Assembly (NCBI GenBank): GCA_965204725.1
Contig: OZ242005.1
Coordinates: 288,001 to 352,000, forward strand
Direction of reading: 5' to 3'
From: Candidatus Latescibacterota bacterium
Lineage (GTDB): Bacteria; Latescibacterota; UBA2968; UBA8231
Length of the DNA stretch: 64,000 nt
A model generated the notes under the pieces. It ran no database searches and had not been told where the DNA came from. It saw only the letters and a program-made list of their open reading frames with translations. Shown piece after piece: positions 1 to 10,493 of this stretch (the stretch's first letter is position 1; each line of letters opens with the position of its first letter). A program made the translations under genes and the position numbers.

Positions 1-828
1 GATTTCCTTGCGCACATTGCCGTACACTTTGTCGAGTATCAGCGGCACGGTGAGAAAGCCCTCCGGCTCGGAGAGGCGAATGTCGCTGAGGACGCGGGCG
101 GGCGAGCGCGCCAAGTCCAACGTCCACCCCTTGGCCAAGGGATAGTAGATATTGAGAATTCCCATGGAGTGGTAGTCGGGCGCAGACTTGAACATGCGGA
201 GCGGCTCGCGCTTGCTAATCACGTCCCAGACCTCTTCGACGTTGGCGACGATGTTGGCGTGGGTCTGGATCACGCCCTTGGGCAGGCCGGACGAACCCGA
301 GGTATAGAGAATTTTCGCTTCGTCTTCCGGCTGCACCTCGACCTCGGGCACGGCCGCGCTGCACTCCGCCAACTCTGCCCAAGGGATCGCGCCCTCGGCC
401 TCGCCCTCGGTCAGCGCAATCCGCGGCGGCTGGTCTAGCTGGCCCCGGACGGCACTAAACCGCTCATAGCCCTTGCGATCTACGACCAACAGCTCAACCG
501 CCGAGTGGGCGATGCTGTGGGCGAGCACCTCGTCGGGCGACTCAATGCACAGCGGCACCGAGCTGACCCCGAGGCAATCGGTCGCCAAAAAGATCAACAG
601 CGGCTCGCTGCCGCCATCGGTGAGAATGCCCACGCGCTGGCCCTTGGCTAAGCCTTGGGCCGCCAAGCCCGCTGCGAGCTGGTCGCGGCGGCTTTTGAGT
701 TCGGTATATGTCACGGGCTGGTAGCTCAATGCGCGGCTGCCCTCCACGGGCTTGAGCTCCCGAATGGCCGTCTGTTCGGCGTAGGTTGCGAAGCTATGGT
801 TGAGCAGATCCCTCAGCGTTTGTCCCAT
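1..828 (-). CDS. Long-chain fatty acid--CoA ligase / AMP-binding enzyme (3' end runs off the window)
   Basis: Not in the ORF track. Manual translation from ATG at 828 gives MGQTLRDLLNHSF...ILYTSGSSGLPKGVIQTHANI, the adenylate-forming P-loop motif. AAGGGG RBS upstream; frame open to position 1. Confidence 0.88.
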   Translation of the reverse strand, partial: MGQTLRDLLNHSFATYAEQTAIRELKPVEGSRALSYQPVTYTELKSRRDQLAAGLAAQGLAKGQRVGILTDGGSEPLLIFLATDCLGVSSVPLCIESPDEVLAHSIAHSAVELLVVDRKGYERFSAVRGQLDQPPRIALTEGEAEGAIPWAELAECSAAVPEVEVQPEDEAKILYTSGSSGLPKGVIQTHANIVANVEEVWDVISKREPLRMFKSAPDYHSMGILNIYYPLAKGWTLDLARSPARVLSDIRLSEPEGFLTVPLILDKVYGNVRKEI

Positions 829-925
829 TGCAAGCCCCTTTCTGGTGATTGGTATTGTTGTTGTTGCGGCGGCCAAAGGACCGCCTAGCATTGCACCCGC
901 GGCCCGGCGACCGCATCTTCCCTAT

Positions 926-2560
926 ATGAGTATGAGCTCTCGCTGCAATCGCGCCTTGGTTGTACTGGTCTTGGCCGGCCCGGTCGCCTCTTTGGCTCAG
1001 CCCTCGGTGTCCATGTTCGGCTACTCGCTCAGCATGGGCAGCGTCTCCGTTGACCAAGAGCAGCTGTATCGCCTCAGCTTCCGGCCCGACTTTCCCATGG
1101 GCCGCTTGGGCATTGGCCTCGACTTGGAGCTTTTTGTCGAGCGGAATGGCGACCTCGGCTCGCGCGGCTGGGAGGCCGGTTCGTCCACCCAAACCTTTGA
1201 CTCGATCTTGCGCAAAATCTACTACGTGCGCTATGGCCGCCCCAACGACGCGGTGTACGTCAAAATCGGCGCGCTCGACGACGTGACGCTGGGGTACGGC
1301 CTAATCATGGACAGTTACCGCAATACCCTGCACTATCCGGGCATCAAAAAAACCGGACTCCAGTTTCGCATCGCCAATTTTGTCGGCACTAATATCGGAC
1401 TCGAAGGGGCGATCAACAACCTGCAAGACTTCCAAGAGGGCGGTGCGCTCATCGGGCTGCGGGCCTTTGGCCATGTCGCCAACATCGAGTTGGGCGTGAC
1501 CTTGGCGGCCGATCTAGACCAGTACAGCGGCCTGCGCGACAGCGATTCCGACGGCGTCCCAGACCCCATCGACGCCTTCCCAGCAGACGGCACCATCGCC
1601 CTCGACAACGACGACGACGGCGTCCCCGATCACCTCGACAACGACGACGACAACGACGGCATCATCGACGCCGACGCCGGCAGTGGCCTCCCCGCTGATG
1701 TAGCCTCTGCCTTGTTGGGGATCAACGCCCAGTACGGCAACGCCTTCCCGGTGGACCAAGACGTGGACCGCCACAAGCCCTTCAACAGAAACCGCGTGGA
1801 CCGCGACTTCTTTTCGATCTGGGGCGTGGATGCGAGTTATCCGCTCATCCACGACTTGGGCGTCCACCTCAAGCTCTACGGCCAAGTTGCCCTGCTGCTC
1901 GACGACGACGACGCCCTCTCCAACGCCGAGGCGCAACAGCAGGGCGTCACCCCCGGCAATCGCCAAGCGACCGGGTTTGGGGTCGCCGCCCCGGGCCTGT
2001 GGCTGGCGGTCGGCCCGCTCAACGGCCAACTCGACTTCCGCCACTTCCGCGGCGGTTTCGACGCTCGCTACTTCGACGAGCTATACGAGCTCGACCGCGC
2101 CCACCTCGACCTTGCCACCGGACAGGCCCAGTCCAAGGACGCCCGGCTCAGCCCCAGCGACGAGCTCTCCGGCTTCTTCGGTCACTTGGGCACGGAATTT
2201 GGCTCGTACGCGTACGCCTCGGTCTCCTATCAGTACCTGACGGGGACCAGCGACCCCAAACAGCAACTCATCGCCAGCGCGGCCCTGTCGCGCAAACTGC
2301 TCAAATACTTCCCTCGCCTCAAGCGCGCGTACGCTTATTTTCACAAGAACAACATCGGCCGACGTCTCAACGAGGCTGGCACCGGCCGGGACGCCTTCTT
2401 CGAGCCGACCAAGGACACCTTCTATGGCTTTGACATCGGGCTGAACATGAAAGAAGGGGCCTCCGTGCGCTGGGACACTCGCTTCGTCTTTGAGCGCACC
2501 GCCAATCGACGCTTACAGCGCCACAAAATCATGACCCTCGAAACCGTATTCGACTTTTGA
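926..2560 (+). CDS. Secreted/outer-membrane beta-strand-rich protein with acidic TSP3-like Ca-binding repeats
   Basis: Signal peptide (RCNRALVVLVLAGPVASLA), amphipathic beta strands, C-terminal Phe (TVFDF), DSDSDGVPD / DNDDDGVPD / DDDNDGIID repeats. Start moved from 800 to ATG 926 (or 932). Confidence 0.65.
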   Translation: MSMSSRCNRALVVLVLAGPVASLAQPSVSMFGYSLSMGSVSVDQEQLYRLSFRPDFPMGRLGIGLDLELFVERNGDLGSRGWEAGSSTQTFDSILRKIYYVRYGRPNDAVYVKIGALDDVTLGYGLIMDSYRNTLHYPGIKKTGLQFRIANFVGTNIGLEGAINNLQDFQEGGALIGLRAFGHVANIELGVTLAADLDQYSGLRDSDSDGVPDPIDAFPADGTIALDNDDDGVPDHLDNDDDNDGIIDADAGSGLPADVASALLGINAQYGNAFPVDQDVDRHKPFNRNRVDRDFFSIWGVDASYPLIHDLGVHLKLYGQVALLLDDDDALSNAEAQQQGVTPGNRQATGFGVAAPGLWLAVGPLNGQLDFRHFRGGFDARYFDELYELDRAHLDLATGQAQSKDARLSPSDELSGFFGHLGTEFGSYAYASVSYQYLTGTSDPKQQLIASAALSRKLLKYFPRLKRAYAYFHKNNIGRRLNEAGTGRDAFFEPTKDTFYGFDIGLNMKEGASVRWDTRFVFERTANRRLQRHKIMTLETVFDF

Positions 2561-2561
2561 C

Positions 2562-3674
2562 ATGAAAATCACGCGCGTATCCGCTCACTATCTGCGTCTG
2601 CCTGCCGTCACGGCCCGCTGCGACGGCACCCAAGACACCTGCCTGATCAAAGTAGAAACCAACGCTGGCATCACCGGCTGGGGCGAAGTCGATTCGGCCC
2701 CCACTGTGGTCAAGGCCATCGTCGAAGCCCCGCTTTCCCACCAAATTAGCAACGGCCTCGCCAACGCCCTCGTGGGCCTCGACCCGCTGGCCATCGACGT
2801 ATGCGGGGAGCGCATGCTCAAAGCGGCCAATTACTACGGCCGCGTCGGCGTGGGCACTCACGCCATGGCCGGGGTCAATCTCGCGCTGTGGGACATTGCG
2901 GGTAAGGCGCACAACTGCCCGGCCTACGAGCTGCTCGGTGGCCCCCATCAAACCAAATTCCGCGCCTATTGCTCCATCCTCTTCGGTGATACGCCGCAAG
3001 AGACCGGCGAGCTGGCCCGCCGCTTTGCCGACGAGGGGTTCACGGCCATCAAGTTCGGGTGGGGACCGATGGGCCAGAGCGAGGCCAACGACATCGCCTT
3101 GGTGCGCGAAGCGAGGAAGGGGGCCGGGCCGGATGTGGACATCTTGGTCGATGCGGGGCAGGTGTGGGACTGGAAAACCGGCCTCAAGCGCGCCGAGCAA
3201 TTCGCCGAGTACGGCATATTCTGGCTCGAAGAACCCTTGCACCCCGAGGATGTCGAGGGCTATGCGCGCCTGTGCGAGCGCAGCCCAGTCCCCATCGCCA
3301 CCGGCGAGGCCGAGTCGCGCTATCAGGACTTTGAGCGGCTGCTCGTCGAGGGCCGCATTGACTGGGTCCAGCCGGACCCGGGCCGCTGCGGGCTTTCGAC
3401 CATGGTCGAGGTCGGCCGCCTCGCTCACCGCCTGCATCGCAAGGTCGTCAATCACTCGTTCAAAAGCGGCATCACCATCGCCGCCTCCCTGCACGGGCTG
3501 GCGGCGGTTCCCCACGGCCAAATTTTTGAATACTGCATGGCCGACTCGCCCTTGCGTCACGACTTGACGCACGAAAAATTCGCGGTCGTCGATGGGTGCG
3601 TTCACGTGCCAGAGGGGCCGGGATTGGGCGTGACGGTAAACGAGGAAGTGGTAGAAGCGCATCTAGTACCCTAG
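2562..3674 (+). CDS. Mandelate racemase/muconate lactonizing enzyme family protein (enolase superfamily)
   Basis: GITGWGE, ALWDIAGK, metal ligands D(AG), E(EP), GE, QPD and C-terminal GPGLGV. Confidence 0.88.
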   Translation: MKITRVSAHYLRLPAVTARCDGTQDTCLIKVETNAGITGWGEVDSAPTVVKAIVEAPLSHQISNGLANALVGLDPLAIDVCGERMLKAANYYGRVGVGTHAMAGVNLALWDIAGKAHNCPAYELLGGPHQTKFRAYCSILFGDTPQETGELARRFADEGFTAIKFGWGPMGQSEANDIALVREARKGAGPDVDILVDAGQVWDWKTGLKRAEQFAEYGIFWLEEPLHPEDVEGYARLCERSPVPIATGEAESRYQDFERLLVEGRIDWVQPDPGRCGLSTMVEVGRLAHRLHRKVVNHSFKSGITIAASLHGLAAVPHGQIFEYCMADSPLRHDLTHEKFAVVDGCVHVPEGPGLGVTVNEEVVEAHLVP

Positions 3675-3778
3675 AGTGTGGAGTTGCTCTTAGAACCTGA
3701 CGGTCCTGAGTTCGCGCAAGGGCTGGTCTTGCGTTCTCTTCTTTCTCAGTACAAATCGTTCAATTTTCCCTCGTCTCC

Positions 3779-3807
3779 TTGTCATTATCGCCATTTTTTC
3801 CTATACT
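3779..3807 (+). promoter_or_regulatory. Sigma70-type promoter of ilvBN
   Basis: TTGTCA-17 bp-TATACT in an AT-rich intergenic region; GGAGG RBS before ATG 3865. Confidence 0.6.
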
Positions 3808-3864
3808 TTGCTCAAGTTAGTTACATAATAATTCTCAAGCTATTCACTCTAGGGAGGAATTGAC

Positions 3865-5583
3865 ATGGCGAGAGGGGCAGACAAAGTCATCGAAGCACTC
3901 GACCGCTTCGGCGTCGAGTACGTCTTCGGTCATCCGGGCGGCGCGGCCATGCCCATCTTCGACGCGCTGCTCAACTCCGAGCAGATCCGCTTCGTCCTCA
4001 CTCGGCACGAGCAAGGCGCGACCCACATGGCCGACGGCTACGCCCGCGCCACCGGCAAGCCCGGCGTCGTCCTCGTAACCTCCGGCCCGGGCGCAACCAA
4101 CACCATCACCGGCTTGCTCACCGCGCTGATGGATTCTTCGCCGGTCATTGCCCTCACCGGCCAGACCGTCACGCCCATGCTCGGCAAAGACGCCTTTCAG
4201 GAGGCCGATGTCTTTGGCATCTCCATGCCCGTCGTCAAGCACTCCTATCTAGTCAGAGACCCCAACGACATCCCCCGCGTGATGACCGAGGCATTCCACA
4301 TCGCCACCACCGGCCGCCAAGGGCCTGTGCTCGTCGATCTGCCCAAGGACGTCACCCAAGGAGCCCCCTTTCCCGAATGCACCACCAGTTTTCCCGAGAA
4401 GGTGTACTTGCCCGGTTACACTTGGCAGACCAAGCCCGCGCCCGAGCTGCTCGATGCCGCCGCCACCCTCCTGCGCCGCAGCAAGCGTCCCCTGCTCTAC
4501 TTGGGCGGCGGCTGCATCGCCTCGGGGGGCCACGAGGCGGCCAAGTCCTTTGCCGAAAAGACGCGGATGCCGGTGACCAACACCCTGCTCGGCAAAGGGG
4601 CGTTTCCCGAGCAACACGCGCTCTCAGTGGGTATGCTCGGCATGCACGGCACGGCCTACGCCAACAAAGCCGTCGTCGGCTGCGACCTAATTATGTCGGT
4701 GGGTGGGCGTTGGGACGACCGGATCACCGGCAAGCTGGCGGAATTTTGCCCAGATGCGAAAAAGATCCACATCGACATCGACCCGGCCGAATACGGCAAA
4801 GTGGTCCTGCCCGACGTTTTTATTGAGGGCGATGCGCGCCAAGTGCTCGAAGAGCTAATCAACTACGTCGAGCCGCTCGACACGGCTGCTTGGCTGGCCC
4901 AAATCGACGAGTGGAAGGCAAAATACCCGCTCAAATACGGCAAGCGCGGCGGTCTCAAAATGCAGGCGGTCATCGATCGCCTATACGAGCTGACGGCCGG
5001 CCGCGCCGTAGTATCCACCGATGTCGGCCAGCACCAGATGTGGGCGGCCCAGTTCTACAAAACGGCCCACCACCGCCAATGGCTTTCCTCTGGCGGCGCG
5101 GGCACCATGGGCTTTGGCTTTCCCGCGGCCATTGGGGCCCAGTTTGGTCGCCCCGAAGAGATCGTCGTCGCCATCTGCGGCGACGGCGGCTTCCAGATGA
5201 CCTTGTGCGAGCTGGCCACCGCCGTCATCCATCGGCTGCCGATCAAAATTCTAGTCCTCGACAACAAATACCTAGGGATGGTCCGCCAGTGGCAGAACCT
5301 CTTCTTCGACAATCGCCTCTCCGGCGTTGACCTAGAGGGCAACCCCGACTTCTTCAAGCTCGCTGAAGCCTACGGGGCCAAGGGCTTCCGCATCCGGCGC
5401 ACCGCCGACATCGACAAAGCCCTCAAGCAGGCCCTCGCCTACGACGAAGGCCCCTGCGTCATCCACGCCGAGTGCGAAAAAGAAGACAACGTCTTCCCCA
5501 TGATCCCGGCCGGCGCCGCGCTCACCGACATGCTAGTCGAGGCCCCCAAGCAAAAACTGGCCCAACCCAAAGGGAGCACCTAA
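3865..5583 (+). CDS. ilvB: Acetolactate synthase large subunit
   Basis: [29 protein letters not shown] and the ThDP motif GDGGFQM...[10 protein letters not shown]. Confidence 0.96.
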   Translation: MARGADKVIEALDRFGVEYVFGHPGGAAMPIFDALLNSEQIRFVLTRHEQGATHMADGYARATGKPGVVLVTSGPGATNTITGLLTALMDSSPVIALTGQTVTPMLGKDAFQEADVFGISMPVVKHSYLVRDPNDIPRVMTEAFHIATTGRQGPVLVDLPKDVTQGAPFPECTTSFPEKVYLPGYTWQTKPAPELLDAAATLLRRSKRPLLYLGGGCIASGGHEAAKSFAEKTRMPVTNTLLGKGAFPEQHALSVGMLGMHGTAYANKAVVGCDLIMSVGGRWDDRITGKLAEFCPDAKKIHIDIDPAEYGKVVLPDVFIEGDARQVLEELINYVEPLDTAAWLAQIDEWKAKYPLKYGKRGGLKMQAVIDRLYELTAGRAVVSTDVGQHQMWAAQFYKTAHHRQWLSSGGAGTMGFGFPAAIGAQFGRPEEIVVAICGDGGFQMTLCELATAVIHRLPIKILVLDNKYLGMVRQWQNLFFDNRLSGVDLEGNPDFFKLAEAYGAKGFRIRRTADIDKALKQALAYDEGPCVIHAECEKEDNVFPMIPAGAALTDMLVEAPKQKLAQPKGST

Positions 5584-6161
5584 TGCCTACAACCGCCATC
5601 GACTTTGCCGCGGCCGACCTCAACGCCCGCCAAGAGGCTGTAGATGCGCCTCAGCTCAGGCAGGCCGAACCCCAGCACAAGGCGACCATCGGCCTGTTGG
5701 TCAACGATCGCCCTGGGGTGTTGGTGCGAATCGCCCAGTGTTTTGCCCGCCGCGGCTACAACATCGAAAACTTAGTCGTCTCGCCGGCCCACATCCCCCA
5801 GTGCTCGCGCATGACCATGACCAGCATTGGCCCGGCTGCCGAGTTGCACCAGATCATTCTCCAGCTCAACAAGTTGGTCGATGTCATCCACGCCAAGGAT
5901 CACTCGGCCGCCAACGCCATTACCCGCGAGTTGGCGCTCTTCAAGGTCGGCTGCTCGGTCGAAGAGCGCACTGAGGTCTTGCAGATCGCCGAGGTTTTCC
6001 GCGGCAAGACGGTCGATATATCCGAGGAAACGATCACCATCGAAGCCACCGGCACCACCGAGAAGATGGACGCGCTCAAGTCGCTGTTGAGCAAATTCGA
6101 CCTCAAGGAAATGGTCCGCACCGGCAAGGTCGTCATGGCCCGCGGCAACGAGCCGACATAA
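5583..6161 (+). CDS. ilvN: Acetolactate synthase small regulatory subunit
   Basis: ACT domain NDRPGVLVRIAQCFARRGYNI, QLNKLVDV, RELAL, EMVRTG; TAATG overlap with ilvB. Confidence 0.93.
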   Translation: MPTTAIDFAAADLNARQEAVDAPQLRQAEPQHKATIGLLVNDRPGVLVRIAQCFARRGYNIENLVVSPAHIPQCSRMTMTSIGPAAELHQIILQLNKLVDVIHAKDHSAANAITRELALFKVGCSVEERTEVLQIAEVFRGKTVDISEETITIEATGTTEKMDALKSLLSKFDLKEMVRTGKVVMARGNEPT

Positions 6162-6198
6162 AAAAGGGGGGATGAGCCATGCCCATCCCCCCCTCTTT
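6161..6198. terminator. Bidirectional intrinsic terminator
   Basis: A-run, GGGGGGATG / CATCCCCCC stem, then CTCTTT, between convergent ilvN and the TonB receptor. Confidence 0.75.
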
Positions 6199-6215
6199 AC
6201 CTGCTGTACCTTCCC

Positions 6216-9089
6216 TCAAAACGCCACGCCCAATTGCCCAAAGACCAAGCGGCCGATCTCCGGTGCTCCAATAAAGGTCCGGTGCTTGGTGTCGAGCGCG
6301 TTGGAAACATCAACCCCGATCCGCATCGGCCCGAACGGCAGCCGATAACTGGCGTTCAAGTCGAGCAGCGAATACGAATCTACATCCCCGACGAACACCC
6401 CCGACTCTTGGCGAAACGCCCCCACGTAGCGCCACTGCGCCCCTAGGGTTAGTTGCGGTTGGTCAAAGGTGTACGACGTGCCGATTTTGAACTTGTTGCC
6501 CGGCGCGTTGAGCGCGATGTCGGCGATGTCATCGACTTTCTCAAACAAGGTTTTATCGACCCAAGAGTAGTTGCCTGTTAGCACCCATTGGTCGCTCGGG
6601 AAATAGGCCAAGTTCACGTCCAGCCCGTTGAGGGTGATCTCGCCGAAATTGCGATAGGTCAACATCACGGCCGTTGGGTCGAAGGCTTGTTCCGGCGTAA
6701 CCGTGCCAAATGGGATGCTCGCGGCCCCACCGGCAAACAAGGTGACAATCTCATCCACGGGCGAGCCATTGCCGTTGCCAGACAGGGTGCCCGGGACCTG
6801 CATATTGTCGAGCGGAGCGACGGCCGCGGCCATCTCTGGATTGTCGGTCAGCGTCTCGCCGAGGCTAGCCCCTAGTGCCGCGCCGAGGCTGGCCGGGTCG
6901 AGAAAGACATTGGGCGTCTGCACCTGAATCGGGGAGACGAAATCCTCGATTCGGGTGTGATACAGGTCGGCCGCTACGACCAGCTTCGCGCCGACCACGC
7001 CCTTGTAGCCCAGCTCAAAGGTCTCGGTGGTCGTCGAGCGAGTGAGCGGCACATCGAGAACATCCTCTACCGGATCAAAGGGGGCCGGATCGCCAGCCGC
7101 CACCTTCTCTAGGTTGAGCATGCGCAGGGTGTTGTCCAACCCCGTCAGTTGTTCGGGCACCAAGGCCGCCAACTCGCCCAATAGCTGCGCGGCAGCCTCC
7201 TCGGCCGCTGCTTGGTCCAGCCCTTGCAGGACCCCGATCTGGGTCGCGGCGAGTCCCTCAAAGAGCGGCGTATTGAGCCGGCTCAACACCCCCCGGCGCC
7301 CCAGCCCCCACATCACATTGGTAAAAAGCGGATCCCCCAAGTCGATGTAGGAGGCCGCCTCCTTTTCTGCCAACGGCGCGAAGGGCGAGCGAAACTGCGG
7401 TCGGCCATTGCCCGAGCGAGTAAAGGTCCAGCCGGAGGCAAAACCCTCTCGATAGGTCCCCTGCGCCCGCACGTCTATGGCCGGTCTAAAGCCCAGCGAC
7501 GGCTCAAAGGCCGCGCCAATGCCGAAGGCGTCTTCACTGGAGCTAATGTCCAAGTAGAGATTATTGCTCGACGGCGTCGCAAAGGCGCGATTGTACGTCA
7601 GCCGCAGGATCTGGGTCTCCCTCGGCTTAAAGACCAGCCCGGCGCGCGGCGAGATTTCGCCTTCGGGAATGCGGTTGTGGTCGTCGTAGCGCAGGGCCAC
7701 CACCAAGTCGAGCATCTCGCTCAGGGCCGTCTCGCTCTGTACATAGGCCCCGAATTCGTTGGTCTGATCGTAGTCTTCGTTGCCGCCGTTGATCGTTCCC
7801 TCGGTATCGGGCCGCGTCAGCAACACATCCACACCGTAGGTAAAGCGCTGCCGACCTCCTAGCGCGGCCGAGTGCTGGAGCTGGAAGGCGGTCAACGTAG
7901 AGTTATCGACGATCGGATTCCCATCGCGCAGGGTAAAGGTGTCGCCGGCGTTGCTCCCATTTTGGAAGACTTGGGCGAACCAATTTTTGTACAACAGGCG
8001 CAACTGGACATAGTTGTTCTCCCAGTCTTGGGCTTGGCCGGCTCCAAGGCCGGTCAACTCGATCTGATCGGCCTTGTTGTATCCGGCCGCCAAAATAGCC
8101 GTTAAGTCGTCCGAGGCCCGGTAGTCTAGGCGCACTTCGGCACTCTGGCGTTCAATGTCAAAACTGCGTGGTTGGATGGCTGGATTGGCGGCCCTAGCCC
8201 GCACCTCCTCTGGATCTTCGTACTCCCAGTCCATCCCCTCGTAGTACTGGGCCGACACCTTGTAGCCGAGGCGCTCGCCCGCCGTCCCGGCGTGGCGCAT
8301 CCCGACCTTGTACACACTGCGCTCGCCCACGCCCACGTTCACGTTGGTCCCCGCTGACGTGAACGGCGAGTGGGTGATGATGTGCATCACGCCGTTGGCG
8401 CTATTCGGCCCGTAGAGCGCGGCCCCCGGCCCCAACACCACCTCAATGCGCTCGATATCGTCGTTGGTCACCGGAATGAAGTTGTAGGCATTCAAGCGCA
8501 GGGAGGGGACGCGGGCGATGCGGTTGTCGGTCAGGGTCAGTAGCGCACCCGAAAAGACATTGTTGAAGCCCCGCACGACCACGTTGCTCTGGGCCAAGCC
8601 GGTCTGGGAAAAGTCAACGGCCGGCAGGTCGCGGATGTGCTCGGCCACGCTGAGTGCCGGCCGGTTGCGGATGTCCTTGGCTTCGACCACGGCCACCGAG
8701 GCCGGGGCTTCGAGGACCTTTTCCTGCCGCCGCGAGGCCGAGACTACGTTCTGGTCGAGGAAGATGAGCCCCGTCTCCAGCCTCAGCCTCAACTCCTGCT
8801 CTCCGCCGACGATACCAACCCCTTCTCTTAATAGGGACCGATAGCCGATATGCGTGACGCTGAGCTGGTACTCGCCGGTGGGCAGCCCCGCTAGGCGGAA
8901 GCGACCGGCTTCGTCGGTGACCGTGCCGATCTTGCCACCCGGCAGCAGGTCGCCGACGAGGACGACATTGGCCCCGGGAATGGCTTCGCCTTCCGGCCCC
9001 ATCACGACGCCGGAAAGCGTCCCCTCTGCGCCGAAGGCCGCGCCCGCCCACAGCACGAAAGCATATAACAGCAACTTGTACTTCATCAT
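6216..9089 (-). CDS. TonB-dependent receptor with N-terminal carboxypeptidase-regulatory-like domain
   Basis: Signal peptide, GEAIPGANV prealbumin-like domain, plug motifs VVSASRR and IERIEVVLGPGAALYG...GV, C-terminal F. AAGGAG RBS favours ATG 9089. Confidence 0.92.
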   Translation of the reverse strand: MMKYKLLLYAFVLWAGAAFGAEGTLSGVVMGPEGEAIPGANVVLVGDLLPGGKIGTVTDEAGRFRLAGLPTGEYQLSVTHIGYRSLLREGVGIVGGEQELRLRLETGLIFLDQNVVSASRRQEKVLEAPASVAVVEAKDIRNRPALSVAEHIRDLPAVDFSQTGLAQSNVVVRGFNNVFSGALLTLTDNRIARVPSLRLNAYNFIPVTNDDIERIEVVLGPGAALYGPNSANGVMHIITHSPFTSAGTNVNVGVGERSVYKVGMRHAGTAGERLGYKVSAQYYEGMDWEYEDPEEVRARAANPAIQPRSFDIERQSAEVRLDYRASDDLTAILAAGYNKADQIELTGLGAGQAQDWENNYVQLRLLYKNWFAQVFQNGSNAGDTFTLRDGNPIVDNSTLTAFQLQHSAALGGRQRFTYGVDVLLTRPDTEGTINGGNEDYDQTNEFGAYVQSETALSEMLDLVVALRYDDHNRIPEGEISPRAGLVFKPRETQILRLTYNRAFATPSSNNLYLDISSSEDAFGIGAAFEPSLGFRPAIDVRAQGTYREGFASGWTFTRSGNGRPQFRSPFAPLAEKEAASYIDLGDPLFTNVMWGLGRRGVLSRLNTPLFEGLAATQIGVLQGLDQAAAEEAAAQLLGELAALVPEQLTGLDNTLRMLNLEKVAAGDPAPFDPVEDVLDVPLTRSTTTETFELGYKGVVGAKLVVAADLYHTRIEDFVSPIQVQTPNVFLDPASLGAALGASLGETLTDNPEMAAAVAPLDNMQVPGTLSGNGNGSPVDEIVTLFAGGAASIPFGTVTPEQAFDPTAVMLTYRNFGEITLNGLDVNLAYFPSDQWVLTGNYSWVDKTLFEKVDDIADIALNAPGNKFKIGTSYTFDQPQLTLGAQWRYVGAFRQESGVFVGDVDSYSLLDLNASYRLPFGPMRIGVDVSNALDTKHRTFIGAPEIGRLVFGQLGVAF

Positions 9090-9285
9090 TAGCATTCGCT
9101 CCTTGTTTTGGTTTTGTAATGTACCCCCATGCACCCGGTTCCGCTACCCAATAAGTAATCTCGCAACGCATTCCCAAGCAAAGGCATAATGATCTTTCAA
9201 AACAGATCTCGCCCGCTCAGTTGATTCCCCGCGCCTCCATTGCGTATTTTTTTCGCCTTAACTCACCTACCATCGGAGACTTTTC

Positions 9286-10305
9286 ATGTCGGACCAACTC
9301 AAGCTAGCCTTTATTGGCTGTGGGGCCATCGCTCGCTTTCACCTCGACGGCATCAAGGGGCACGCCCCCCGCATCGACGTCACCGCGTTAGTCGATCTCG
9401 ACGAGGCCAAAGCCCAAGCCTACGCCGCTGAAACCGGCGGGCAAGCCTTCACCTCGCTCGACTCAGCGCTCGAAAAGGGCGACTTCGACGCCGTCGATAT
9501 CATGCTACCCCACGACCTGCACGAACCCATCGCCCTCAAGTGCCTCGCCGCCGGCAAGCACGTGCTCTTGGAAAAACCCATGGCCCCCACCCTCGACGCC
9601 TGCGACCGCATTCTCGCCGCGGCCCGCACGGCCCCAGGCGTCTTTATGGTCGCGGAAAACAGCCAGTACTGGCCCGAAATTGTCGAGGCCCAAAAGCTCC
9701 TTACGGCCGGGGCCATCGGCGAGATCATCACCGCCCGCGCCGCCTTTGTCTATCCCTTTGACGACTACTGGTTCAAAGAACAGCGGCCTTGGCGCTACGA
9801 AAAGGGGCGCACCGGCGGCGGCATCGCAATCGACGGCGGCTCGCACTGGATTCGGCCCCTGCGAATGTGGATGGGCGAAATCAAAGAGGTGGTCGGCGTA
9901 CTGGGGCACCCGCTCGCGCAAATGGAGGGCGAGTCCCTCGCCCGCGCGCTCTTCCGCTTTGATTCGGGCAAGACCGCCGTCTTCGATGCCATGATGATCG
10001 ACACGGTCTTGGCCCCAGACCCTTGGTGGCGGATTACGGGCACCCAAGGCGAGCTCACCATCAACGCCGGTCTCGACGGGGCCGAGCTGTGGCTGTGGGA
10101 CGCCGACCATCCCGAGGGCGAGCGGCTTTTTGCCAGCGCGGGTTACACCGAGTCCTTTGGGCCGGAGCTCGCGGATTTCGCCGCGGCCATCCTCGACGGC
10201 AAGGCCCCAGACGCGCCGGCCGAACACTCCCTCGGCGAGTTGCGCACGGCCTTGGCACTCTATCGCTCGGCCACCAGTCAGCGGTGGGAAAAGGTGTGGG
10301 CGTAG
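9286..10305 (+). CDS. Gfo/Idh/MocA family oxidoreductase
   Basis: IGCGAIA Rossmann motif, GKHVLLEKPMA, GGGIAIDGGSHW. Confidence 0.92.
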   Translation: MSDQLKLAFIGCGAIARFHLDGIKGHAPRIDVTALVDLDEAKAQAYAAETGGQAFTSLDSALEKGDFDAVDIMLPHDLHEPIALKCLAAGKHVLLEKPMAPTLDACDRILAAARTAPGVFMVAENSQYWPEIVEAQKLLTAGAIGEIITARAAFVYPFDDYWFKEQRPWRYEKGRTGGGIAIDGGSHWIRPLRMWMGEIKEVVGVLGHPLAQMEGESLARALFRFDSGKTAVFDAMMIDTVLAPDPWWRITGTQGELTINAGLDGAELWLWDADHPEGERLFASAGYTESFGPELADFAAAILDGKAPDAPAEHSLGELRTALALYRSATSQRWEKVWA

Positions 10306-10308
10306 TGC

Positions 10309-10337
10309 TTGCACGAAAAGTTCCTTTGGGATATATT
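10309..10337 (+). promoter_or_regulatory. Sigma70-type promoter of ppdK(-parAB)
   Basis: TTGCAC-17 bp-TATATT. Confidence 0.5.
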
Positions 10338-10493
10338 CAGCCCTCCGAGGCCGTTCCTCAAAGCACCGCGCATGTTCTCTTTCCAACACCCCAATTCGCC
10401 CCTCTTTCCATCGCAGCGGCAAAGGCTGTCAAGGCCGCGATGCCCTCTCGATCCAAACCCATCCCATTAACTATACTATAGAATAGGAAAGCA

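Noticed and set aside
3678-3863. 61-aa ORF as an ilvB attenuator leader peptide
   Set aside because: It spans the predicted promoter, and no terminator/antiterminator pair is evident before ilvB.
5583-5680. ~30-aa N-terminal extension on IlvN
   Set aside because: Low-complexity and probably unstructured; no sign of a separate function.
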